DNA of 64,000 nucleotides from Takakia lepidozioides. Its lineage: Eukaryota; Plantae; Bryophyta. Shown piece after piece: positions 37,310-50,200 of the stretch; position 1 is the stretch's first letter; each line of letters begins with the position of its first letter. The notes under the pieces were generated by a model. The model was not told the DNA's origin. It was given only the letters and a program-made list of their open reading frames with translations, and searched no databases. The position numbers were made by a program, and so were the translations under genes. The stretch is taken from positions 57,474,001 to 57,538,000 of the forward strand of contig CM060731.1 of NCBI GenBank assembly GCA_030704615.1, read 5' to 3'.

Positions 37310-39297
37310 TGGATGCCCAAACGCGCATTGTAGTCCATTTCTGTTGGTGATTCGCTGAAGAGGCCACAACACCAAAGCTGGATAAACGATTCTTTCTGAT
37401 GGATCGCAAAGTGATGGGCGACGCGACGACGGCTTGCCTTGCAAATCTGTATAGCTCCGTTGATCTTAACTGACCTGTCACCCCACTCTTCTGTACTCAA
37501 ACTCGATCTTAAGTCCTCGAGCTCAAAATCCAAGGTCGTAATTCCGTCACCAGGTTGTGCAAAATACATCAGACTAAAGCCGTAATACTCATCGACCAGG
37601 TCCTTCACCTTTGAGGCCGTAAGAGCACTTTCTAGAAGGTCAATCGTGAACCCCAACCTGGGATGCGTTTGGGAAACTAACCTGCCATGATTTCTTACAT
37701 CGTTGTGGGCCAGAATTCTCAAAAGGAGTGGTGGCAGTCCAATGTGCGGTTTTGGTGAGATTCTCCATTTGGCTGATCAATCCTTCCGCAAAACCGCGAG
37801 TGAATTCCAACGGATCTGGAACAACCAAACCTTCGATTCCATCTACAGTAATAGTGATGACAAGAGGATTTGAAGTTATGGCATCGTCAAGGTCGGTATT
37901 GCCAAGAGCTGGTTCGTCCATCGTGTCATCATCATGTGAGGCTTGGCTCTCTCGATGGACTCGTGTAAGTCTCCCACATTTTTTCTTTTTCTACTTTGGC
38001 ATGTCAGGATGCCCAATTCTCTCCAAATTCTCCTTCACCCGATTCAATTCCTCTATCATTAACGAACCATGATCCGGCGGGGCTGTAAACCCTTTGGGGA
38101 CAGCGACAACACTGTCCATATCATCGCTTCTAAGATGATGTCGAGCTCCCTGTGCAATACAGCGTGAGGGGTTACACCAGAGAAAAGGGTTACAACACGA
38201 GGGGTTACACATGAAAAAGGGTTATAAGGAAGGTGGGCTACAGGGCAGATGGATTTATGTATAAGGGTGTACAAGGTATGTGGTTTACACGGCACATGGA
38301 TTGAAACAAGGGTTACACAGAGGTGGGTTACACACCATAGGGATTTTAAAAAGGGGTTCACTGTAGGTGGGTTACACTCTGGGTTACACGCCAGAGGAGA
38401 CAGGCGGGGGGGGGGGGGGGGTAACACAAAGGGTTACACGGATAGACAACAGTCCAAAATTTGAAAAACAAAGAAATGGCAGGGAATCCAACTTGAATGT
38501 CCAACGATAGAACCCAACTTGATTTTGCAGCTGTCGCATAGACTGCGCCCTCGCATCGCACAACAAATTCTTGGAATGCCGGCCAAAACCCCTTCTCATT
38601 GACATTCGGAAAATGGGAACTGAGGAATAAGGCCATGTGGTAGCAGAAGGATCGAGCCTGGAGTTCGCTTTCGCAAGATGAACCTTGAGCTCCGGTTTCC
38701 CCGGTTTCCAATGTTGATTTTCTTTGCAATAGGGACAGGTAAAGGCGGGCTCAATCGCCGCTTGTCTCTCTCGTTAGGAACCTGCCGAAGAGAAGGACCA
38801 GGGACAGAAACAGCAGGAGCAGCAAAAGATGGAGCCTTTGTAAGAGAAGTAGCCGAAGAAGATACAACAACAGGCACTTCAATAGGATCTGCAATCTCAC
38901 CCAAAACCACCCTATTTTGCAGAATCCATGCATGATATGCATCAACAGAAGAAGCCGGAACATAATTCACCACATTTTCAACAACCATGGCATGCTTGAG
39001 CTCCGCATCAAAAAACGGTTTTGTTCTTTTCGGTCAAGCCATACATGCGGCCGTTCCATTGACAATATGTCGATTCAATCTGCTCTTATCTACCTTTACT
39101 TCCCCACAGTAAGGACATTTGAACTTAGGCCGGCCCTTTGCTCCCTCCACCTTGGCCTCTCTACACCTGGTGTGATAGTACGCGATCATTATAGCATGCT
39201 CATGCTCAGTGTACCAGAAGCGAACTCGTTCGACATCCCTCTTCAAGTGATCAAATGGAACACTAGCCTCTCCAGGGAACAGATAGCAATCAGCCAT
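37310..39297 (-). pseudogene. Spliced ORF of unknown function with an N-terminal C2H2-like zinc finger, interrupted by the CACTA
   Basis: FKCPYCGEVKVDKSRLNRHIVNGTAAC; AG acceptor at 38150-38151; frame continues across the TSD into 8011-8051, followed by a GTAAGT donor. Confidence 0.55.
38165..38440. repeat. GGGTTACAC repeat array (intronic)
   Basis: Repeated GGGTTACAC; same motif as 7751-8005. Confidence 0.75.
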
Positions 39298-39414
39298 GGC
39301 AAAAGAAAAAGCTGATAGAAGAGAAGAGAAGAGCAAGAGCAAGACAAGACAAGACAAGACCAAGAGAATTCCAAAGAACGCACAACAAAGAGCACGCACA
39401 ACAGGGAGTGCAGG

Positions 39415-40143
39415 TGTCACGCACCTCACTTCGGTAAGCTCCCCTTCAAGTTATAGTTACTCGCTTTGATGCGCGCGCCTAACTCCCAAACTGGCCGCCG
39501 GGCCAACTCGGAGCTTCGGCTGCTCACCGGGACATAACGGTCCCCCTTTACTCCTCCACAAGACCCTCTCTCAATTTGGGCCTAGTAGAAATTCCCTTTG
39601 GTCGATGGCAGTCTGGAACAGCTCCCCACACCTTGGTCGCTTTCCGGCTCGCACGCTTACTCACTCGTTTTTGGTCACCCACGGGCTTGCACCGTTCTCG
39701 GGGTTACTACTCCCTATATATACTTCTATGACTGTCCGCGGGGGTTTCACAAACAACCATGCCATTTTATGGCGAACCACCACGAAAACCCTCGACTCTC
39801 GGTGATGAGTCGCGGTGAGTCTTGGCCCACCCACCACGGTCCCATTGGACCGTGATGAGTCCCAAGACTCCCCACGACTCCCACCACAAGGTCTTCGCCC
39901 CCATGGTGAGTCCTATGTACCACCCCCACTAAGTCCCACTAAGCTACCACCCACCCCTCGTGGAACCACCCCCACCGCAACCCGGTGTGCAGGGCTCCAC
40001 CTAGTGAGCGCCTCCACCTCCTTGAGTGCCTTGGGTACTCAAGGGTGCTTCAGCCCCAGCATCTATTATTGCCACTGCCCCCACCATAGGGGCAGCCCCT
40101 GTCGTGTCCCAACCCCCTGCCCTCAAGGCAAAGCGTCGTGACA
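39415..40143 (-). repeat. 3' LTR of element B
   Basis: Bounded by the inverted repeat TGTCACG...CGTGACA; first 500 bp match 45655-46154. Confidence 0.85.
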
Positions 40144-41048
40144 CACACCCCTACCAACAGGGAGTCGATGCCATCATCGACTTGTCCATTTTGTAGAAAC
40201 GAACATCCAAGTTGTGGCGTCCCACATCAAGGAGTTTGTTTCCGTACCATGGCCTCCCATGGCAAAGAACCAAACCCCCCCACTTGACTCTACTCTCCAT
40301 TAGCTAGTTCGGCCGACTTCTTCCAAGTCCCGGCCGAGGGTGGAGCCTCTCAAGCTCCTCCCAGTGCACTCTTCTTGGCCTACTTCAAGGCCAAAGAACG
40401 ATCCTCCCCGAGGATCGAATCGCCTTACTGCAACAACATTGCTTGCAACCACTCATGATGCCGCTTTTGGCATCACCTTGAGCAAGGGTTCATCTTGAAC
40501 CCCTTTTTTGACTAGGAAGATAACCTTGAACAAACCGTGCGCCCCAATCACTACAATTGGGTCCGCCTTGGAATGCTGGCCTGAGGTACGGGACCGCCGA
40601 AGCCGCACTACGACTTCGTCCGAGGCTACACGATTATAGTACATGAACGGAACCACATAGCTTCCGCGTTAGCCCGCACTACAAGGCAACCCCCTCGGTA
40701 GCGCAGTTATAGTACGCGCACGCGCCAGGTACGCACTAGCATGTGAACTCCCAAAGAATACGCAATTTTCCTTGCCCCTTGGATGGGAGTCACCCGATTT
40801 CGGCACTACGCAAACACACGATTATTCCAATTTACCTCTCCTACTTTTGTAAACTAGCATGCATTCTACACACTAGCCAACCCTACCATGTATCTCCATT
40901 CCAAACAAAATAGGACGCACAACATTTGGAAACCATTTCATTTATAACAAAATTTGTACAACACAAGTTTTTGCAATCAGATTCCTGAGCTAGCTAAGCC
41001 GGACTAAGCATGCATTTCCTCCCCCACAATCCAAGGTTGATGTCCCCA

Positions 41049-44000
41049 TCAACGCTTCTTCCGCTTTTGAGATCGCCCTTCGAAAGCTGCAACCGCCTCG
41101 GATGCGTTTCCCATTTCTGAGGCACGCACCCAAGATGCCTCCACATGATGATAGTCCTTCCATTTCACGAGATACTCCGTTTCTCGATTCTTGAACCTCC
41201 TCGACTTAAGCACTGCCTCCACCTCGTACTCAGGTTCATTTTCATGATCCAACAGCAAAGGTGGCGGATGCAACACTTGATGCCGATTTGGACGCGCTTC
41301 ATCTTCAAAGTAAGGCTTAAAAAGGGAGACGTGGAATACCGGGTACACCTTGCTATTTGCCGGCAGCTCCAATTCATACACATCCTCATTCATAACCTTC
41401 CGGATGCGAAAGGGTCCCGCATACGGAGGTACGAGCTTCGGATTCACTTCCGGAGGTAGTCGGAAATTCTTGATGTTCATCCAGACCTCCGTGCCTGCCT
41501 CAAACTTAACTTCCCTCCGCTTCCAATTTGCCTGCCGTTCATATCATTTCCTAGTTTTGGCAATGTTGTACTTTGCGAGTTTCAACAAACGCTCGCGTTC
41601 TTCCAACACCGCTGCTGCTGCCGGTTCCTCAACGTCTTGGGCGGCCCAACTTGTCGGCACCAGAGGTGCTTTTCCATAGACCAATACGAAAGGGGAAACT
41701 CCCGTTGCGGAGTGTTTTGTGTTATTATAACAGAACTCTGCCGCATCCAAGTGTTCCACCCAGTCCAATTGGTCAGCCGACACGTAATTCCGCAAGATCT
41801 GCTTTACCATGGAATTCACCATTTCCGTTTGGTTGTCCGTTGTAGGTCGGAAGGCGGTGCTCATCTTGAGCCTCGTCCCCATTTTCTTCCAAAGTGCCCT
41901 CGAAAACTTACTTGTAAACTTTGGATCGCGGTCCGAGACTATATCCTTCGGGAGTCCATGATGCTTGAAGACGTGGGCGAAGTAGAGTCGTCCGTTTCGT
42001 GCGCCGTTGCCGTTTCCTTGGTGGGGATGAAATGGGCCATTTTACTGAACCTATCCACCACCACCATGATTGCATCGAATCCTTTCGACAGCGACATAGC
42101 AGTCATGAAATCCATCGAGACATTTTCCCAAGACCCCTCTGGAATCGGCAAGGGTTGTAACAGCCAGCTTGCTTTTTGTACTCGCTTCGATTTTGTTGGC
42201 ATGTGGTGCATGTCTTCACATACTCCTTGGCCTCCTCCCTTAGTTTGGGCCAGAAATACTCTTTCTTTAGGAGTGCCGCGGTGCGCTTGGCTCCGCCGTG
42301 GCCCGCAAGCGGGCTATCATGACATTCTCTCCAGAGACTATCTCTTATCCTTCCCTTCGGCACGTAGAGACGCTTTTGCTTGTACCGGTGCAATCTTTTT
42401 TGCAAGTGGAACTGCGATTTAACCCCCATCCTCAAGTCCCGCATCACGGACTTTGCCATCTCATCCTTCCGGTAAGCCTTCCGGATCTTCTTTTGGAGCG
42501 CCGTCTCGCCCTCGTACACCAACATGAGCTGTTGCTTTCTACTTAAAGCATCGGCCACCACATTGTCCCATCCCGGTTTGTACTAGATATCCACGTCGAA
42601 CACCACCAAAGTGTCTTGCCACCTAAGTTGTTTTGGGGACAACTTAGGCTGCGTGGCAAAATACTTCACCGTGACATTGTCCGTGAACACCTTCACCGGG
42701 TTGGAACCAACATAGTGACGCCAAAGCTCAAGGCAATGCACCACCGCCTTCATTTCTTTCTCATGCGTAGGCCACCGTCGCTCCACTTCATCAGTTTCTT
42801 ACTTTTGTAAGTCATTGGACGTCCATCTTGCATGAGCACACCCCCAATTGCGAAGTCCGACGCATCTGTATGAATCTCAAATGGACGGTCGAACTCCGGA
42901 ATTTTCAAGACTGGAGCTTCCGCCATCCGCTGCTTCAACTCGGCAAAAGCTTGGCCACAAAAGGTGTTCCATACCCCTACTTTAGACTTACACAGAAGGT
43001 CTGACAGTGGCCCCGCGATCTTGGCGAAATTTCTCACATACTTTCGGTAATAGGAGGTGAGTCCTAGGAAGGATTGCACTCCCGGGACCGATGTCGGAGG
43101 CTCCTAATCCAAGATCACCCTCACCTTTCTGTCATCCATTTTAATCCCATCCTGTGTAATCACATGCCTAGGAACTCCACTTTTGTGATCCCGAATTCGC
43201 AATTTGAAGCTTTGGCATACAGCTTCCCTTCCCGCAATTTCTGGAACACCCTTTTTAGGTGGTGCTCTTCCTTTGTTTTCGAGTACACCAAGATATCGTC
43301 GATGTACACGATCACAAAGTCATCCAACCACTCCTGGAAAAGGCTGTTCATTAGCGTGCTAAAGGTCGCGGGTGCGTTGGTGAGCCCAAAAGGCATCACC
43401 AAGAACTCATACGAACCATATCTTGTCCTCCACGCGGTCTTCTCCTCATCTCCTTCCACCACTCGGATTTGATGGTAGCCCGAGCGCAAATCGATCCGGC
43501 TGAAATACTTCGCTCCTGCCAACCGATCGAAGAGGTCATCGATCCTTGGCAAAGAGTACCGGTTCTTGATAGTCACATTATTCAGAGCCCTGTAATCGAC
43601 ACACATCCGCAGCGTCCCATCCTTCTTGTCTACGAATAGCACCGGGGCCCCGTAAAGTGACTTAGTCGACCGGATATACCCCTTTGACATTAGATCCTTG
43701 AGCTGAGTCTTCAGCTCGACCAACTCTCTGTGGCTCAACCGGTAGGGCGCCTTGGCAGGCGGCTCCGATCTTGGTATCACCTCAATCTTGTGGTCAACTC
43801 CTCTTCGCGGTGGGCAAGCCGCTTGGTAAATCCTCCGGCATCACATCTTGGTAGTTCTCCAAAATTCCCTTGATCCAATCTGGGCTCGACTCCCTATCGC
43901 CTTCTCCCTTCACTTGTCTTACGTAAAGCAAAAACTGGGGCTCGTGTGGCTCCTCCACAGCCCACTCCTTTGCTGACAACAGGTTTATTCGCCCTCCCAC

Positions 44001-44400
44001 TGGGTTGGGCGTTTCCGACACTCGTAAAACTTCGCCACCATTCCCACACGGTAGCGTGACTATTTTCTTGCGGCCATCTATGACCGCTCCAGATTTGCTC
44101 AAAAAGGTCATCCCCAAAATGAGATCCACTCCATCGCAAATAGTGAAGTTCTCACGTCTCTCCCAACTCCCCAGCTGAAGGGGAACATCAAACGCCAACC
44201 TCGTCGCCAATTGTGGTTCTCCTTTGGCATAATGCACCTCAATAAAGGCCCCCACATCACTTGTCGGGAGCCCCAGCTTTCATGCCGTTGCCGGTGTCAT
44301 GAAAGAGTGCGACGCTCATGTGTCCACCAACAACGACACGTTAGTTCCAGAAATTTTCCCACTCACGAACAATAACTAATTCCCTTTACGCAGGGGGCCA
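41049..44400 (-). pseudogene. pol: pol of element B: PR, RT, RNase H, integrase, chromodomain (frameshifted)
   Basis: [69 protein letters not shown]. Confidence 0.93.
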
Positions 44401-44405
44401 GTTTC

Positions 44406-45599
44406 CTAATACAACTCACAAGAGTAGTTGCCTACCTTGCAAGTCTTGACAACCACTGCCTCCACCAAACGGCTGATGGTATCTTCAGACAGCTCCATGG
44501 TTGCCCAAGTTATGTTCAATTGACGGGGCTTCGCGCACTTCTTAGTCATGTGCCCAAGCTCCCCGCAATTGAAACACACTCCATCGAAGGTCGCCTTCTG
44601 TCCGCCAGAAGCCGCCGCACCTGATTTTTCTTGCGGAGCACCGGGTGCCACTTTGACGGTAGAAGGACCTCCCTTCGATTTCCACGTGCCATTGTCGCCA
44701 CGTGGCCTATCCCACTTCTTTTCCGGTCGAAATGAGTCACCCTCCCACTGGGTCTTCTTGTGGTTCAGCTCCGTACGGCCTTGTCTTTCGCCCCTAGGGA
44801 CATCCGAGAAACATTCAGCCCTTTCAATTGCCTCGTTCAAGGTCTTAGGTGGCTTCTCCTCCAACTTCTGCTTGGCCCATGGGGCCAGTCCCGCCACAAA
44901 GTTGAAGACCATTTCTGGTTCCGCCATATCCGCAACTTCGAGCAACAACACATTGAAAGCCTGAACATATCCCCGAATGTCATCCGTTTGCTTCAAATTC
45001 CTCATCTTGTCCCGGGCGAGCCAGCTGGACGTGTTGAGGGGAACAAATTGTCTTTTTATAAGTTCCTTGAACCCACTCCAGTTCAAGGTTTCCGGGTTTG
45101 GACCTTGGTCGTGAAGGCGTTTCTGCCACCAATGTTGGGCATAGCCCCTCAAATAGGTGGGAGCCACTTCCATCCGATCCTCGTTACTCAACTTGGCCGC
45201 CCGGAAGTACTGCTCCAGCTCCAAGAGCCAGGTGTTGAGTGCCTTCCGATTTCGGACGCCTTCGAAGGTGTTGGGTTCCTTAGGCTTCACCTTAAACTTT
45301 GCCTTAGTGGAAGTGGCATTAGCTACCTTCAACAAGTCTTTTAACGTCCCGCCAAACTGCGCAAACAACCCTTCCCAAAAGGCTGCCGGCATGGGAGGCA
45401 TCTGTTGGTCTGGCGGAGCCTCCGGGAGATCCTCGGGCTCCAACTCCCCAGATTCCTCCCGTTCTTGAGTGGCCTCGCTTTCAAAAGCATGAATCGCCTC
45501 CTCATATTGCCGCTTCGGTGACACGTCGCCCCCATCAGGCTCACCAGGATCATCATCTTTCGGGCCGTTCTGCTTTCGCTTTGGCTTGCCCGACCCCAT
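44406..45599 (-). CDS. gag: gag of element B
   Basis: PNTFEG, YLRGYAQHWW, LKQTDDIRGY, CFNCGELGHMTKKC. Confidence 0.9.
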   Translation of the reverse strand: MGSGKPKRKQNGPKDDDPGEPDGGDVSPKRQYEEAIHAFESEATQEREESGELEPEDLPEAPPDQQMPPMPAAFWEGLFAQFGGTLKDLLKVANATSTKAKFKVKPKEPNTFEGVRNRKALNTWLLELEQYFRAAKLSNEDRMEVAPTYLRGYAQHWWQKRLHDQGPNPETLNWSGFKELIKRQFVPLNTSSWLARDKMRNLKQTDDIRGYVQAFNVLLLEVADMAEPEMVFNFVAGLAPWAKQKLEEKPPKTLNEAIERAECFSDVPRGERQGRTELNHKKTQWEGDSFRPEKKWDRPRGDNGTWKSKGGPSTVKVAPGAPQEKSGAAASGGQKATFDGVCFNCGELGHMTKKCAKPRQLNITWATMELSEDTISRLVEAVVVKTCKVGNYSCELY

Positions 45600-45640
45600 G
45601 ATGAGGCCGATCTCAAGGACAATTGCGTACTGAACTCTAA

Positions 45641-45652
45641 GCTCTGATACCA
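45641..45652 (-). promoter_or_regulatory. PBS complementary to initiator tRNA-Met (TGGTATCAGAGC)
   Basis: GCTCTGATACCA 2 nt from the LTR end. Confidence 0.95.
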
Positions 45653-45654
45653 AG

Positions 45655-46154
45655 TGTCGCGCACCTCACTTCGGTAAGCTCCCCTTCAAGTCATAGTTAC
45701 TCGCTTTGATGCGCACGCCTAACTCCCAAACTGGCCGCCGGGCCAACTCGGAGCTTTGGCTGCTCACCGGGACATAACAGTCCCCCTTTACTCCTCCACA
45801 AGACCCTCTCTCAATTTGGGCCTAGTGGAAATTCCCTTTGGTCGATGGCAGTCCGGAACAGCTCCCCACACCTTGGTCGCTTTCCGGCTCGCACGCTTAC
45901 TCACTAGTTTTTGGTCACCCACGAGCTTGCACCGTTCTCGGGGTTACTACTCCCTATATATACTTCTGTGACTGTCCGCGGGGGTTTCACAAACAACCAT
46001 GCCATTTTATGGCGAACCACCACGAAAACCCTCGACTCCCGGTGATGAGTCGCGGTGAGTCTTGGCCCACCCACCACGGTCCCATTGGACCGTGATGAGT
46101 CCCAAGACTCCCCACGACTCCCACCACAAGGTCTTCGCCCCCATGGTGAGTCCT
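45655..46154 (-). repeat. 5' LTR of element B (truncated)
   Basis: Matches 39415-39914, then switches abruptly to a family A LTR. Confidence 0.92.
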
Positions 46155-47255
46155 TGTCGCGCGGCTTTTACTCACCCATCCCTTCGCTATCCGAGGCGGA
46201 AACTCCAAGATAGAAGAGTTGGAAATCTCTAAGTACTCAGCCCGCGCAGAACAATCAGTCATGACCTACAGCTAGTGTATCATGGGGGTGTTTCCTATTT
46301 GTTTCCTTTTCCGCATTCATCTTAGCTACCTTACCATTGATAATTAAGTATCAGTTTGCTTCATCAATTTATCGGTTTCCTTAACTCCTCCATTCAATCC
46401 ACAGCTTCACTCAGATCTCTCTACACAGTGTGATTGTATCGTATAAGTATCAGATTATGATTTATCAGGTATCAGGCCGAAGCCATTGTGTCTCTATTCT
46501 CCTCTACAATATCCCTACAGCTTTGCATATAACAAGCATCTACTAATCCTCTTTCCTCCTTCATCGTGCTCACCGACTTCCGCTCCCGTCTCACTCCGAA
46601 ATCCTCCTTCCCCGAATAATAATCATCCCCTCATCATTCCCCGTTCTTCCCTTTATCCTCCTATCCGCGGTTCTAACCGTTTCCCTCTCTAACCGTCGTA
46701 TGTGAATTATCATGTTCCCTTCACAGGTGTTGTTCCCCACAGTCGTTCCCTGTCCTACTCTTCGTTCCCTATTATCGTGACAGCTGTGTCAAGCGGTGAC
46801 TGGCTGTGTTTGGCTGTGTCGGGCTGTGACTGGCTGTGTGGCTGTGCCGGGCTGTGACTGGCTGTGTGGGCTGTGTGGGCTGTGACGACTGTGACGGGCT
46901 GTGTGGGCTGTGACGGCTGTGTGGGTTGTGTGGGCTGTGACGACTGTGACGGGCTGTGTGGGCTGTGTGGGTTGTGACGACTGTGACGGGCTGTGTGGGC
47001 TGTGACGGCTGTGTGGGCTGTGTGGGCTGTGACGACTGTGACGGGCTGTGTGGGCTGTGTGGGCTGTGACGGCTGTGTGGGCTGTGACGACTGTGACGGG
47101 CTGTGTTGGCTGTGTCGGCTGTGTGGGCTATGTAACCCCCCTCTACAGTGCGCTGCTGTCACCCCTAAGGTTCCTGTTTGTCTCAGTCTGTGCAAAAATT
47201 AAGGGTACCCTACAGATCCCGTATAAGTGTCTAAGTCCCCTACAGTCCTCTAACA
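46155..47255 (-). repeat. 3' LTR of family A copy 2 (contains a GGCTGTG minisatellite ~46780-47130)
   Basis: TGTTAGAGG...GCGCGACA on -; preceded by PPT GAGGGAGGAAGGGGTAAA. Confidence 0.93.
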
Positions 47256-47294
47256 TTTACCCCTTCCTCCCTCAAAAAGCCGTGTCCTCACGGT

Positions 47295-50200
47295 TTACTG
47301 TTTCCGAGTAGCAAACCTTTGTGAGTGAGCACCTTGTTGACGTTGAGAGTTTCGTGGTGGGCTGTGTGTACGAGCCCGAGGTCTGTCTCTGGTTGATGGA
47401 GATGGTTGATCACTACCTGGATAAGTGAGGCCTTCTGGAGGCTGATATCGAGGTAATCTTTCCGGCATAGGAGATCCCCTTTGTTTCTTCTCTTCCATCT
47501 GAATTGCATAGTCTTCTCCCATGTCAAAAGAATTTTGTGAAGAAACAGTTGTATCAGAATCCTCATCGCCTCTCAGGTGTTTTAATTTTCGAACTTTTTG
47601 TGGAATCATCTGGGGCATACAATGCTGTCCTACCATGTCTGGAAGTTTGCATTTTACAACCTGGTGTAACCGTTGAACAGCAAAATTGGTGTAGACACTG
47701 AGCTCCTTGTCTGTCCAGATGAGTGGGGTACCAATTACTGGTGCAGCGTGCAAGTATTTCCATGCGATATGTCCCTTATAGAAAATGTCATCAAGTCCGA
47801 ATTTCTGTGTTGACAAATTGTTGCAGGCTGCTTGAAACCATGAACGAATTTGAGAATCCTTCTGTATCATAACTTTTGGGTCATATAGGTACATATGAGG
47901 TGGCACCGAAGGTAATACCCAATGATCTCCACTGGAGTAACTTTGAAAGCGTGCTTGCATCTTTTGTTGCTCTATGTGGTAACGTATCAGAAAACAAGCA
48001 GCGTAGTATAGCCCGCACCCCATGACAATACTTGCTATCTCCTTGGTCTTGGTATAAATGAGTCCATGTACAACCTGGAAAGCAACCAATTCCCTCAACA
48101 TGGTACCTGCCTCGTGCCAGTATTGTGCAAAGTGATGATCTTCAATATGTCGATTGTTTGGAAGAACTTTAGTCCTGGTTGCCACTGGCAGCCAAATACG
48201 CATGATTTGGTAGTAATGTGCGAATGACTGCGGAGGACTAAATTCTTTCCAAGCCAAATCCAACATGATGGGAATTTGGTTGAAGGGCATAATCATAGCT
48301 CTACTGTACTCCCTGGCAGCTGGAGTTTTAGGTGGGTTAAAAGCTGCATTGCCCCATACCTCCGGCTGTGGTGGCTGTGGTGTGGTTGTAGTAACCACAG
48401 GTTCAGCTACTGGTACACTGACCTGTTGTGGTGGTGGTGGTACTGGTTCCTGTACCATTGGCATCTCCTGCACCTCCTGTGAAGACTGAAAAGCCAGAGT
48501 TCTGGCTTGCAAATAAGAAGCCATTAGCTGTTCCTGAGGGATATAGACTCTTTGGTCGATGTTTGAAGTGAGGTCTTCCACTTGAGTCTGGAGTCCGTCT
48601 ACATCCTCTTGTAACTCTGCTATCCTACTATAGACATTGTCTATAGTAGTTGTGGCAATGTTCTGCACCTGCAGTCTGAGCTCATTCATCTCGCTTTGGG
48701 TGAGCTTCCGTGGGCTTTTGCCCTCTACTGGCCCTTGTGCTAACCAGACCTGCATAAGGCTGTTATCCACCAAGCTGCTTGTGGTTCCCCTGAGAGTTTG
48801 CTCTTCTCTTAGCTTGTACAATTCCAACTGCTGTTGTAAAGCCTCCATGCGCTTCGCCTGTGGCTCAACCAATTGCGCATAGGCAGCAAGTAGATTATTG
48901 GCTTCCTTCGAAGCCTTGTTACTGACCGCGATTTCATTTCTATTGGCCACGATGGTTTGTTGCAACTCCACGATGTATTTCTCTTGCTCAGCTTCCATCT
49001 GCCTGTATTGCTTGAAAGTATCTTCATTGCGACAGATTGTATTCTTCATATCGACAATGAGCTTCATGTGCTCCACATTCTCTTCTTCTGCCTTCGTACA
49101 TTTTTCCGCTTGACTGTTTATTTCTTTTGTTGATTGGTCAAGCATAGTTGTAAATGTAGCGCATTGTATCGCCATCCTGTTATGCACTGTCTGCAACTCC
49201 GTATGTAGTGCATTCAGTTCTTGCAACTTGCTTTCATGCTGCACCTGCGTTTGATATAGCTGTTGCTTATGTGCTTCGTGCAACTGGTCTTGCGCGAGGC
49301 CTGCCTCAATCAATTGTTGCTTGGCCAATTGCAAAGCCATTTCTGTATTGGCCAAGTCCTGCTTCATCTTGAGAGTGACCTCTTCATCGACTTGTTTGCA
49401 CATTCAGTGGCAAGTCGAGCCTCAAACTCCTTCCTGAGTTCTTCTTTCAAGGCTGTCAATTGGGTAATTGGAACATGGGATTTGACATAAGTCCCCAACA
49501 AATTAAGTGTCCTGCCTATGGAACTCATCAGCATTGCCTGTTGAGGGTCATCATGGTGAGGTTGCTGCTGTTCCTCCCGATCTTCAACAGTATGATGTCT
49601 CACTAACCATTCAGGCCATTGTCCCACCGGATTTTCTTCCTGAACTACTTCATCTATGACTGGTGTTACAGTGTCATGACCTTCCGCCTGTGGTACCTCC
49701 AACACAGGTGTGTGCATTATATGCACCTCAGGATTTCCCTTGGGCAACTGTTGCACCTCTGGGATTTCTGTCTCCTTACCAGACCAGAATATTCATAGAG
49801 AAGGTCCCCTTTCTCTATTTCTGCCACTATCTGCTCTGTAGTTGGAATCTCTATCCCTTCACTTTCCAAATCAATTATTTCGGGTTGAGCTGCATGGATA
49901 ACTTGTGACCTTGTGACAAGTCGTTCAAGTGGCTGTGTTGGCTGTGATGCAGAAGTAACTTCTTCCTCCCTCTCTGAAGGTCCTGCTTCCAGTAATAACA
50001 TTCTTTTGTGCTGCTGTGCCCCTTCCTGGTCATGAGCTTGGGAAACATTATCATGCGGAATCCGTGAAGCCAGTGGATCCGCCACTACAGTCTTTCCCCT
50101 TCTCTGCCTCTTAGTCTCGGGTTGTGCTGCTAGTCCACCCTCACTGTGTGAAGAGCCTTGCTCTTCCATTGCAGTTGTTTCTGGCTCAAACACTCCCATT

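Larger units (their letters stand above)
39415..46154 (-). mobile_element. Ty3/Gypsy chromovirus (family B), 5' LTR truncated by a family A LTR
   Basis: Two near-identical LTRs, tRNA-Met PBS, gag-PR-RT-RH-INT-chromodomain. Confidence 0.95.

Noticed and set aside
46780-47130. Tandem arrays as CRISPR, or their Cys/Val- and Ser/Gln/Pro-rich ORFs as proteins
   Set aside because: No unique spacers or cas genes; the ORFs are translations of an LTR minisatellite.
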